Assembly (NCBI GenBank): GCA_965199495.1
Contig: CBDASK010000003.1
Coordinates: 1,984,001 to 2,048,000, forward strand
Reading direction: 5' to 3'
Length of the DNA stretch: 64,000 nt
From: Abditibacterium sp.
GTDB taxonomy: Bacteria; Armatimonadota; Abditibacteriia; Abditibacteriales; Abditibacteriaceae
Shown: positions 55,884-64,000 of the stretch, piece by piece
How positions within the stretch are numbered: position 1 is the first letter of the stretch
Layout of the letters: each line of letters begins with the position of its first letter
Translations under genes and position numbers: made by a program
The notes under the pieces: model-generated
Seen by the model: the letters and a program-made list of their open reading frames with translations, nothing else
Told to the model about the DNA's origin: nothing
Databases searched by the model: none

Positions 55884-56627
55884 ATGACGAACCTCCCAAC
55901 TGACTTTTCGACTGTCCGCCGCGCGCGCGGATTTTCCCTTCTCGAATTGTTGGTTGTCGTGGCGATCATCGCGATTTTGGCGGCGCTGTTGTTGCCGACT
56001 TTGCAAAGCGCGCGCGAACGTGGCAGGCGCACCGTCTGCTTGTCGAATCTCAAACAAATCGGTCTGGCGCTCGAACTTTACGGGCGCGATAGCGATGATT
56101 ATTTCCCCAATACTTTTTTTGGTGCGTCGGCGCCCGGCACTTATAATGGTCAATATCGCTGGATGGACGCGCTCGAACCTTATCTGAAAAGCGAGCAGAT
56201 TTTCGTGTGCCCCGACGCGCCCGATTTGATTTATCGTCCGCGTAGCCTCAATTATGGCGGTTACGCCTACAACAGCACCTATTATAGTCGCCCCGACCCG
56301 GATGCAGCCACGCCGCCTTGCTCCAAGTGGGATAAGGGTTACGGCGTCGAAGAGAGCGAAGTCGCCGCGCCCGCGACGACGGTGTGGGTGACGGATGCGG
56401 CGGGCAACTTCGAGATTTCGTGGAGCGAAACCGCGCTTCCGCAAATCAACGCGACGATTCCGCGCACGTTTGGGCCGTTTGGATTGACCAACATGATTAT
56501 CGAGCGCCATCAAAATTTCATCAACGTTTTGTGGTGCGACGGCCACGCCAAAGCGCAGGGACTGGACGAAATCACGCGCAAAAATAGCGCGGGCCTCACC
56601 CGCGCTTTTACGATTCAGGACGATTGA
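55884..56627 (+). CDS. Prepilin-type N-methylation / DUF1559 / H-X9-DG protein
   Basis: [28 protein letters not shown]...[26 protein letters not shown]. Confidence 0.92.
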   Translation: MTNLPTDFSTVRRARGFSLLELLVVVAIIAILAALLLPTLQSARERGRRTVCLSNLKQIGLALELYGRDSDDYFPNTFFGASAPGTYNGQYRWMDALEPYLKSEQIFVCPDAPDLIYRPRSLNYGGYAYNSTYYSRPDPDAATPPCSKWDKGYGVEESEVAAPATTVWVTDAAGNFEISWSETALPQINATIPRTFGPFGLTNMIIERHQNFINVLWCDGHAKAQGLDEITRKNSAGLTRAFTIQDD

Positions 56628-59376
56628 GCATTTGTAGTTCCCGCAATCCCTGCTGGCACGCTTGCGCGCGTTGCGTATCGCCGATGTCGCGCCATAAAAC
56701 GAGCGCTTCTTGCCATGCGTTGCGCGCATCTTCCGTTGCGCCCAACGCGTGCGCGGCGGCGCCCAATCCCGCCAAGGCCGAGGCGATTTCGGCGCGCAAT
56801 CCCAACTCGCGCGCTGTCGTCAGGGCGCTTTGATAGTTCGCGCGCGCCATTTCAAAACGTCCGGTGCGTTGCTCCAATTCGCCCAGCGCATCGAGCGTGC
56901 CGATGGCGGCGGTGTGAGCGTTCGCGCCGTGTCGCAACTGCAAACTGGCTTCGAGGTGGGCACGCGCGGCGACCAAATCGTTCGCCGACAACGCAGCGCG
57001 GCCTTCGATTTCTTCGACCCAACCCTGGCCGGGCGCATCGCTCAAATCGCGCCACAAAACGCGCGCGTCGCGGCAATAATTGCGCGCCTTTTCGGTTTGG
57101 CCGTCGGCCACAAGAGCGCCCGCCAGCGCCGTGAGTCCAACTGCGCGTTGGTGCGGCTGTGCGCCCCGATACAACTCCAAACTCTGCGCGAAATAAGCGC
57201 AGGCCGCACTCGAACGCCCCTGGCGTTGCGCGCTTGTCCCGCTCAAATTGAGCGCCCACGCCCGAATATCGGGTTGCTCGCTCGCGGTTTCGACCGCTTG
57301 AATTAGATGATTTTCCGCAATCTCATAGTCGCCCATTTGCAGCGCCAGAAAACCCGCGACCGTCGCGCCGCGCGCGCGCAAACGGTCGTCGTCGCTAATC
57401 AACTCCGGCAACGCCAACAATTTTTCCAGATGCGTTCTTCCTTCGCGCAAGCGTCCGCCCAGACGCCAGAACAGCCATAAAGCGCTCGCCAAACGTAAGC
57501 CGATGGCGGTTTCGCCTGCCCGCGTGGCCCAATCGAGCGCCGCGCTCAAATCGAGCCAGACTTTTTCCAAAGGCCAATGCCAATCTTGACTGGCGCCAAT
57601 ATTGGTTTCGATGCGCTGCGCCAAATCCACGAAATAAAGCGCGTGGCGCCGCGCCAAGTCGGCGCGCTCGTCAACGCTCAAAAGTCGTCGTGCGCCCGCG
57701 CGCACGGTTTCCGGCAAAACAAAACGTTGTTCCTGTTCGCCGTCCGGCACCGCGCGCAAAAGCGATGCGTCGCGCAAACGCGCGATGTTACGCAAAACTT
57801 CGCTTTCGTCTTTGCCAGAGGCAGAGGCAGCCACGGCGCCCGCCGCTTCGAGATCGAAGGGCGCACAAAAGACGCTTAAATTCGCTAAAAACGCGCGTTG
57901 CGGTGCGTCCAACAGTTCCAGACTCCAACTCAAAGTCGCGCTCAAACTGTGATGGCGCGCGGCGCGGCCCCGCGAAAGCGGCGGCAAATCGGCGTCGTGT
58001 TGCAAGCGCCGTAGCATTTGAGCCGGACTCAAAATTCCGGCGCGCGCCGCCGCCAGTTCGAGCGCGAGCGGCAAACCATCCAACTGTTGCAATAGGCGCG
58101 CGAACTCGACTTCGTTGGTTTTAAAAAGCGAAAATTTGGGATTGACCGCGCGCGCCCGATCCAGAAATAGCGCCGCCGCCGCGCTGGCGGCAATGTCGGC
58201 GGTCGCCGCAGAATCCGGCAACTCCAACGCGCCAATTTCCAGCAACGCTTCGCCCTCCAATTCGAGCCGCGCCCGCGAAGTCGCCAGCACGCGCAAACCC
58301 GCCACGCGCCCTTTGAGGCGGGCCAGCCAGTCGGCGCCATCGGGCAAAAGATGCTCGAAATTATCGAAACATAAGAGCGGCGCTTGGTTTTGCAACGCCT
58401 CAACCGCGCAATCGAGCGGCAACCGCGCGGGCGGCGTGGCTACATCGAGCGCCGCCACCAATGCCTCGTCCAGACGCGCGACTTCGGTCAAGCCTTCGAG
58501 CGGTATCCAAACCGCCGAAGTTGACGTGCGCGCCAACGCTTCGCGCGCCAACGCTTCGCGCGCCAACGCTTCGCGTGCTAACGCTTCGCGTGCTAACGCT
58601 TCGCGTGCTAACGCTTCGCACGCCAACCGCGTTTTGCCCGCGCCGCCCGGCCCGATAATTGTCAACAGCCACGGCGAATTCTGGCGCGCGGATAAATGAG
58701 AATCCAACTGCTCCAATTCGCTTTCGCGTCCGAAAAAACGCGAGAGAAAAATCGGCGCCGCGCCCACTGATTTCGCGGCGACAGTGCGCGCGGATGGGTT
58801 GGGAGGAAACTCGATAATTAAACCGAGTTCGGCGCCGCGATGCGCCCATTGCTGCGCGCGCGCAGTTTCGCCCTGCGTCTGCAAATCACCGATCAACGTT
58901 TCCAATGCCGCGCTGGCGAGCGTTTCCAAACGCGTGGCGGCGGCGGGAATCCAATCTTCGTAATAGCCTTTTAACAGCGGGCCGCGATAAAGTTCGAGCG
59001 CGCGCTCCAAAAGCGGAGTGCGTTCGGGCGACGTGGCGGCTTCGCGCAGCAACGCTTCCAATTCGCCGACATCGGTTTCGACGCCTTCCAGCGCCACCAA
59101 CGAGCGGTCGGCGCGCACGCAACGGCCCGCTTCGCCGTCGCTTTCCAGATCGCGCCGCAACGCCGCCAGCGAAAGGCGCAAATTATTGCGTCCGGTTTCG
59201 AGCGAAGCATCGGGCCAGATTTCTTCGATCAATGTTTCGCGCGCCTGACTGCGATTGACGTAAGCCAACAGCGCCAGCAACGCGCCCGTTTTGCGCGTGC
59301 GAAACCCCTCGATAACGACCGCGCCGCGCCGCGCGCGTAAACCGCCCAAAAGTTCGATGCGCCAGAGATTTGCCAC
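56608..59376 (-). CDS. AfsR/SARP-like regulator (wHTH-BTAD + STAND ATPase + TPR)
   Basis: [56 protein letters not shown]-terminal TPRs. Confidence 0.9.
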   Translation of the reverse strand: MANLWRIELLGGLRARRGAVVIEGFRTRKTGALLALLAYVNRSQARETLIEEIWPDASLETGRNNLRLSLAALRRDLESDGEAGRCVRADRSLVALEGVETDVGELEALLREAATSPERTPLLERALELYRGPLLKGYYEDWIPAAATRLETLASAALETLIGDLQTQGETARAQQWAHRGAELGLIIEFPPNPSARTVAAKSVGAAPIFLSRFFGRESELEQLDSHLSARQNSPWLLTIIGPGGAGKTRLACEALAREALAREALAREALAREALAREALARTSTSAVWIPLEGLTEVARLDEALVAALDVATPPARLPLDCAVEALQNQAPLLCFDNFEHLLPDGADWLARLKGRVAGLRVLATSRARLELEGEALLEIGALELPDSAATADIAASAAAALFLDRARAVNPKFSLFKTNEVEFARLLQQLDGLPLALELAAARAGILSPAQMLRRLQHDADLPPLSRGRAARHHSLSATLSWSLELLDAPQRAFLANLSVFCAPFDLEAAGAVAASASGKDESEVLRNIARLRDASLLRAVPDGEQEQRFVLPETVRAGARRLLSVDERADLARRHALYFVDLAQRIETNIGASQDWHWPLEKVWLDLSAALDWATRAGETAIGLRLASALWLFWRLGGRLREGRTHLEKLLALPELISDDDRLRARGATVAGFLALQMGDYEIAENHLIQAVETASEQPDIRAWALNLSGTSAQRQGRSSAACAYFAQSLELYRGAQPHQRAVGLTALAGALVADGQTEKARNYCRDARVLWRDLSDAPGQGWVEEIEGRAALSANDLVAARAHLEASLQLRHGANAHTAAIGTLDALGELEQRTGRFEMARANYQSALTTARELGLRAEIASALAGLGAAAHALGATEDARNAWQEALVLWRDIGDTQRAQACQQGLRELQMLNRPES
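58528..58617 (-). repeat. Six 15-bp tandem repeats encoding (EALAR)6
   Basis: GCGCGCCAACGCTTC x3 followed by GCGTGCTAACGCTTC x3. Confidence 0.92.
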
Positions 59377-59387
59377 GAAAACTCAGT

Positions 59388-59942
59388 CTATTCGCGCGTG
59401 CGCATTTGAGCCAATAATAAACCCAGCACGCTCAATCCGTCGGTAATTTCGCCACGCAAAGCCATTTGCACAGCTTCTTCGAGCGGCACGCGGCGCAGTC
59501 GCAATTCTTCGGTGCCTTCGGGCATCGCTTCGCCCTGCGTTAAATCGGTCGCCAAAAACAAAGTGCCGCGTTCGTCGCAAACCGAGTTCGACAGATGGAT
59601 TTCGCCGCCCAATGTCTGCATCGAAGCGGCGATGAGACCGGTTTCTTCGCGCAGTTCGCGGCGCGCGGCTTCGATGGGCAATTCAGTTTTGGGACAGCCG
59701 CCTTCGGGAATTTCCCAGCTATATTCGTTCATCGTATAGCGAAATTGGCCGACGAGCGTGACGGTTCCATTGTCGTGGAGCGGCACCACGCCAATCGCGC
59801 GATTTTTCATCGAAACCACGCCATAAATACCGGGATTTCCATCGGGCCGCGTCACGTCGTCTTCGCGCACAGTAACCCACGCATTTTCGTAAATTTCGCG
59901 CGTCGCGTTGGTTTGCCACGGATTATTTTCGGAAGAATTCAC
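59388..59942 (-). CDS. NUDIX hydrolase (ADP-ribose pyrophosphatase-like)
   Basis: YENAWVTVRED, QFRY..WEIPEGG..EAARRELREETGL; start approximate (GTG 59942). Confidence 0.9.
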   Translation of the reverse strand: MNSSENNPWQTNATREIYENAWVTVREDDVTRPDGNPGIYGVVSMKNRAIGVVPLHDNGTVTLVGQFRYTMNEYSWEIPEGGCPKTELPIEAARRELREETGLIAASMQTLGGEIHLSNSVCDERGTLFLATDLTQGEAMPEGTEELRLRRVPLEEAVQMALRGEITDGLSVLGLLLAQMRTRE

Positions 59943-59983
59943 GAGTTGAGTTTGCTTCTTTTGTAAAATTCGAGAGGTTGGTA

Positions 59984-60115
59984 AAAAATTAGCCACAGAG
60001 TTCACAGAGGGGCACAGAGAAGATTTAGAGTTTCACAACAATCGAAAATTGCTTTTAACTTTTAATTTTCTAGGTTTCTCTCTGTGCTTCTCTGTGAACT
60101 CTGTGGCTAATTTTT
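59984..60115. repeat. 37-bp inverted repeat of CACAGAG nonamer units (same family as 24981-25097)
   Basis: AAAAATTAGCCACAGAGTTCACAGAGGGGCACAGAGA ... TCTCTGTGCTTCTCTGTGAACTCTGTGGCTAATTTTT. Confidence 0.85.
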
Positions 60116-60123
60116 GATTCATT

Positions 60124-61419
60124 ATGTTAGACATTAAAACTTTGCGCGCCGAGCCGGACGCGCTTAAAATTCAACTGCAAAACAAAGGCATCGCTGGCGC
60201 CGCCGAACTCATCGATCAAACGCTCAAACTGGACGAAGAACGGCGCAATTTGTTGGTGCAAGCCGAAGAGTTCAAGCGCCAGCGCAACGACGTTTCGGCG
60301 CAAGTCGGCAAGGCCAAGAAAAATGGCGAAAATGCCGACGAACTTTTGGTGCGCGGAACGAATTTAGCCGCGCAAATCACCGAATTAGACGCGCAAATGC
60401 GCCACATTGATGAACGATTAAACGCCTTGATGTTGGAAATTCCCAACGGCCACCATGAAAGCGCGCCGATTGGGGCGGGCGAAGAGCAAAACGTCGAAGT
60501 CAGAAAGTGGGGCGAGCCGCGCGCGTTCGATTTTGAGGTGAAGCCGCACTGGGAAATCGGCGAAAATCTGGGCATTTTGGATTTTGAGAGCGCCGCCAAA
60601 ATTTCGGGTTCGCGCTTTTACGTTTTGAAACGCGCGGGCGCCAAACTCGAACGCGCTTTGATTTCGTGGATGCTCGATTTGCACACTGAAACCAACGGTT
60701 ACGAAGAGATTTTGCCGCCGGTTTTGGTGCGTTCGAGCGCGATGCAGGGCGTCGGCATTTTGCCGAAATTCGCCGAAGACGCTTATAAAGTCGAGAACCA
60801 AGATTTGTGGCTGATTCCGACTGCCGAAGTGCCCGTCACCGGTTTGCATACCGATGAAATTTTGGACGCTGGACAATTGCCGATTCGATACGCGGCCTAT
60901 TCGCCCTGTTTTCGCAGCGAGGCGGGCAGCGCCGGGCGCGACACGCGCGGCATGATTCGCGTTCACCAGTTCGATAAAGTCGAATTGGTCTGGTTCGTCG
61001 CGCCCGACAAATCTTACGAGGCGCTGGAACAATTGCGCGCGCACGCCGAAATGGTGTTGGAACAGTTGGAGTTGCCGTATAGAACGATGGAACACGCGAC
61101 GGGCGATTTGGGTTTCAAAGCGACCAAAGCCTACGATCCCGAAGTGTGGTTTCCGGCGCAAAATGCCTATCGCGAGATTTCGTCGTGCTCCAACTTTGAG
61201 GCATTTCAGGCGCGCCGCAGCAACATTCGTTATCGGCCCATCGGCGAAAATGGCAAGCCGGGCAAACCCGATTTCGTGCATACGCTCAACGGTTCGGCGC
61301 TGGCGGTCGGGCGCACGATGGCGGCGATTTTGGAGAATTTCCAAAACGCCGATGGCTCGGTGACGATTCCCAAAGTGTTGCGCAGTTATATGGGCGGCTT
61401 GGAGAAAATCGGCGGCTAA
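60124..61419 (+). CDS. serS: Seryl-tRNA synthetase
   Basis: MLDIK, LIPTAEVP, CFRSEAGSAGRDTRG.IRVHQFDKVE, EISSCSN, HTLNGSALAVGR. Confidence 0.98.
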   Translation: MLDIKTLRAEPDALKIQLQNKGIAGAAELIDQTLKLDEERRNLLVQAEEFKRQRNDVSAQVGKAKKNGENADELLVRGTNLAAQITELDAQMRHIDERLNALMLEIPNGHHESAPIGAGEEQNVEVRKWGEPRAFDFEVKPHWEIGENLGILDFESAAKISGSRFYVLKRAGAKLERALISWMLDLHTETNGYEEILPPVLVRSSAMQGVGILPKFAEDAYKVENQDLWLIPTAEVPVTGLHTDEILDAGQLPIRYAAYSPCFRSEAGSAGRDTRGMIRVHQFDKVELVWFVAPDKSYEALEQLRAHAEMVLEQLELPYRTMEHATGDLGFKATKAYDPEVWFPAQNAYREISSCSNFEAFQARRSNIRYRPIGENGKPGKPDFVHTLNGSALAVGRTMAAILENFQNADGSVTIPKVLRSYMGGLEKIGG

Positions 61420-61460
61420 AAATTACAAGCGTTGATGGAGTCGAAAAGGGCAATAAATTT

Positions 61461-62666
61461 ATGAAATCACAATTCCTACTCGGCGCGTTGCTGGCCGTCG
61501 CCGTGGCTGCTTCGGCGCAACCCGCCAAAAATGCGCCCATGCTCGTCAACAACTTACCTTTTCCGCTTGTCTCGCCGCAAAAGGCGCAGCAGATGAGCCA
61601 GAAGAAAATCTCGTTGCACCTGCGCAATGCCACGCTTTTAGAAGCGTTGCAGTCTCTGCAAAAACAGAGTGGCGTGCGTTTCGATTCGGGAGAATTGGTG
61701 GCGCGCAACGTCTTTGCCCGCAAGCTCTCGCTCGATCTGGAAACCTCTTCGTTTTCTCGCGCGTTCGATGCCATCTTGAAGGCAGCCAAAACCGAAGGCA
61801 ATTTGAAGCGAACTGAAACTGGTGGCAACCTCGCGTGGAACCTCCAGTTCGGACATTTTGCAGCGCCCACAGATATGATTCAGTCGGGCGTCGGGGCGTT
61901 TCAGATTCAGCTTTTGGGAATCACCCAGATGGCCACGAAAACCGTGCTTGCGGGCAAAAACAGAGCGTTCACGCGCGCGCAAGATCAAAGCACGACGTTG
62001 ATGCTCGATGTCGCGCCCGATGCGGGGCTGCGAACCGTCGGATCGCCGCATATTCGGTTGACGCGCGTCGTTGACGATACGGGCCGTTCTCTACTCACTG
62101 GCCAAAAAGACGCGCCGTTCCGCTTTGGTTTAGGGCGAGACCGGAGTCAATCGGTGCGCCTAAAGTCGCCCGCGAATGGCGCCAAGAAGTTGGCGCGCGT
62201 CGAAGGCGTCGCGGTTTTTGTGGTGGCCTCGAAAACGGAACGCTGGGAGTTGCCCAATATCCTTGCGGCCAAGGAAGCGTCTCACACTTTTGGAAGCGGC
62301 GCCGGAAAAACTGTGGTGACTCTGCACGGCGCCCAGAGAGTCGAGCGCAACGTCAAACTCGATATTTCTCTCGTTACTTCCGCCCAAGAAAATATATTTT
62401 CCGTGCGCGCGCCACTCGCATCGAGCGAAGTTTTTCTGAGCGCGCTCGCGGTTAAACGCGACGATGGGCAAACTGTCAATTCTTTGGGATATTCTGCCAG
62501 TGGTGTCAATCACGGCCTGAATGTGAGTGCCTCCTTTTATCTGGGTTCTGAAGCTCCGCCGTTCACTGCGGCCTCGGATGCCGCGTTGACCTTGGTTCTC
62601 GACGCGCCCACCGAAATGGTGCAAACCGAAGTGCCCTTCGCGTTCAAAGATGTGCCTCTCCCATGA
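61461..62666 (+). CDS. Secreted protein with STN/secretin-N0-like N-terminal domain
   Basis: Signal ..ASA|Q; ISLHLRNATLLEALQSLQKQSGVRF; ends VPFAFKDVPLP. Confidence 0.65.
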   Translation: MKSQFLLGALLAVAVAASAQPAKNAPMLVNNLPFPLVSPQKAQQMSQKKISLHLRNATLLEALQSLQKQSGVRFDSGELVARNVFARKLSLDLETSSFSRAFDAILKAAKTEGNLKRTETGGNLAWNLQFGHFAAPTDMIQSGVGAFQIQLLGITQMATKTVLAGKNRAFTRAQDQSTTLMLDVAPDAGLRTVGSPHIRLTRVVDDTGRSLLTGQKDAPFRFGLGRDRSQSVRLKSPANGAKKLARVEGVAVFVVASKTERWELPNILAAKEASHTFGSGAGKTVVTLHGAQRVERNVKLDISLVTSAQENIFSVRAPLASSEVFLSALAVKRDDGQTVNSLGYSASGVNHGLNVSASFYLGSEAPPFTAASDAALTLVLDAPTEMVQTEVPFAFKDVPLP

Positions 62667-63247
62667 AAACTCAATTTTTAGTCGGCGTTCTGCTTGTCCT
62701 CGTCGTGGCTGTCAGCGCATTGCCTACAACAGCAGCCACGGCGTCTGCCGACGAAGTTGGCGCGCCCGTTATTAATAAACAAATCGTCTGGGGCGAAACT
62801 TCAAACGGCTTGCAATTGGGTCTGCGTTTCGATATTCCCAATCACGTTTATCGGCGCGGCGAAACCGCGCAGTTCGATTTAATCGCGCGCAACGTCGGCA
62901 AAAAAGCGGTGAATTTTAAATATTATTCGCCGCTTTTTCCGGTTGCTTTTGTCACCGATAAAAATGGGAAACCGGTAACGAACTTTTTGAAATCGCCGCC
63001 ACCGCTTGGTTTTCCCGTTGGTTTAAAAACGCTCGCGCTGGCGCCGGGCGCGCAAACAATAATCGCGCAAACCGAGCTGCGCATTGGCTCACCGATAGTT
63101 CCGACGCTTTTCTGGGCGCTCGATGCGCCGCCCGGCCAATATCGCGTGAGTTTTGTTGTTCAATTGGACGCGCCGTTCGAGAAGAAAAATAAACGCGCGC
63201 CCATCCTGTTGCAATCGGGTTTTACGTTTATTGGAATCGCGGAATAA
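62663..63247 (+). CDS. Secreted hypothetical protein (single beta-sandwich-like domain)
   Basis: ATGA overlap; signal peptide similar to that of the upstream gene; WGETSNGLQLGL, PGQYRVSF. Confidence 0.65.
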   Translation: MKTQFLVGVLLVLVVAVSALPTTAATASADEVGAPVINKQIVWGETSNGLQLGLRFDIPNHVYRRGETAQFDLIARNVGKKAVNFKYYSPLFPVAFVTDKNGKPVTNFLKSPPPLGFPVGLKTLALAPGAQTIIAQTELRIGSPIVPTLFWALDAPPGQYRVSFVVQLDAPFEKKNKRAPILLQSGFTFIGIAE

Positions 63248-63321
63248 CGAAATTTAGCAAAAAATTAAATCTGCCCAGGCGCGACGCCAAATTATTTATC
63301 TTGTCATAAATCGCACTTTTT

Positions 63322-64000
63322 ATGAAAAATCTCAAAAACTTCGTTGCTCTGGGGCTTTTGTGCGGTCTCAAACCACTCGCCGTGGCTCCGGTTTTTGCGT
63401 AACCGCTTCCGCTGGAACGCACGATGCCGCAAGGCAACGGCTTACTGCTCAAAGAAGTTTCGCCCGATGAGGCCGAGAAATTGGTGATGCCCGCCAAAGG
63501 CATTGCGCTCCATCTGAAAGATGCGACGTTGAGTGAGGCTTTGGACGAGCTGCAAAAACAGAGCGGCGTCAAGCTCAATTACGGTTGGGCCGATAAAAAT
63601 ACGCTCGATAAAAAGGTTTCGGTTGACATGGAAACGCGTTATTTCCAGCCCGCTTTCGACGCGATTACAGACGAAGCGGGCGTCAAAGCGAGTTTGCAAG
63701 TATTCGGGAACAGAGCCGACTATAACGTGCAGTTTGGGCAGACGAATGGCGACAAAACCGCGCCGCTTTTATCGGGCGTCGGGCCTTTTCAATTGCGCTT
63801 GCAGAGCGTGCAATCGAATTTCAATCAAACGGTTAATGTGAGCGCGGATAAAAAGGACGTGCGCTCACAGAATCGCCAATTTTCAATTGATTTTAGTAAC
63901 AAAACTGACCCGATTGTGAATATCGTTGGCTCGCCGATGATCCTTCTCAAACGCGTCGAAGATGACAAAGGCCGCTCGCTACTCGACGCCAACGACAATC
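63322..64000 (+). pseudogene. Paralog of 61461..62666 with an in-frame TAA at codon 27; runs off the window
   Basis: MKNLKNFVALGLLCGLKPLAVAPVFA*PLPLE...IALHLKDATLSEALDELQKQSGV...SGVGPFQL...VGSP..L.RVEDDKGRSLL; TAA at 63400-63402. Confidence 0.75.

Overview
High-GC bacterial chromosomal window that spans the replication origin. The lineage is probably Abditibacteriota/Armatimonadota-like; this is inferred from gene content and not verified. Housekeeping genes: tmk-holB, trxA, erpA, nfo, a fragmented xseA-xseB-ispA-dxs...nadK...recN cluster, rpmH, dnaA, dnaN, recF, dciA and serS. Other genes: a fucose/rhamnose catabolic block, signalling proteins (GAF-SpoIIE, GAF-HD-GYP, SARP/STAND) and many secreted hypotheticals. 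Notable structure: (1) oriC lies about 1.5 kb downstream of dnaA, inside a dnaA-dnaN interval interrupted by four genes. Two further DnaA-box clusters exist, many boxes are relaxed, and DnaA has RDYTT instead of RDHTT. (2) A 2.28-kb integrase-free gene block is bounded by a 106-bp direct repeat of the rpmH 3' end. A paralogous sequence pair at this locus shows the filled and empty sites of a 141-bp MITE with a TA duplication. (3) At least five families of long intergenic palindromes are present. (4) Several genes have a -10 box 6-9 nt before the start codon, suggesting leaderless mRNAs. (5) Pilus/secretin-derived modules are scattered through the window: tandem mini-secretins, a Zn-ribbon/TM/PilB-N2-like duplicated protein without an ATPase, STN-like proteins and a DUF1559 pilin. 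No rRNA, tRNA, CRISPR array, integrase or transposase was seen.
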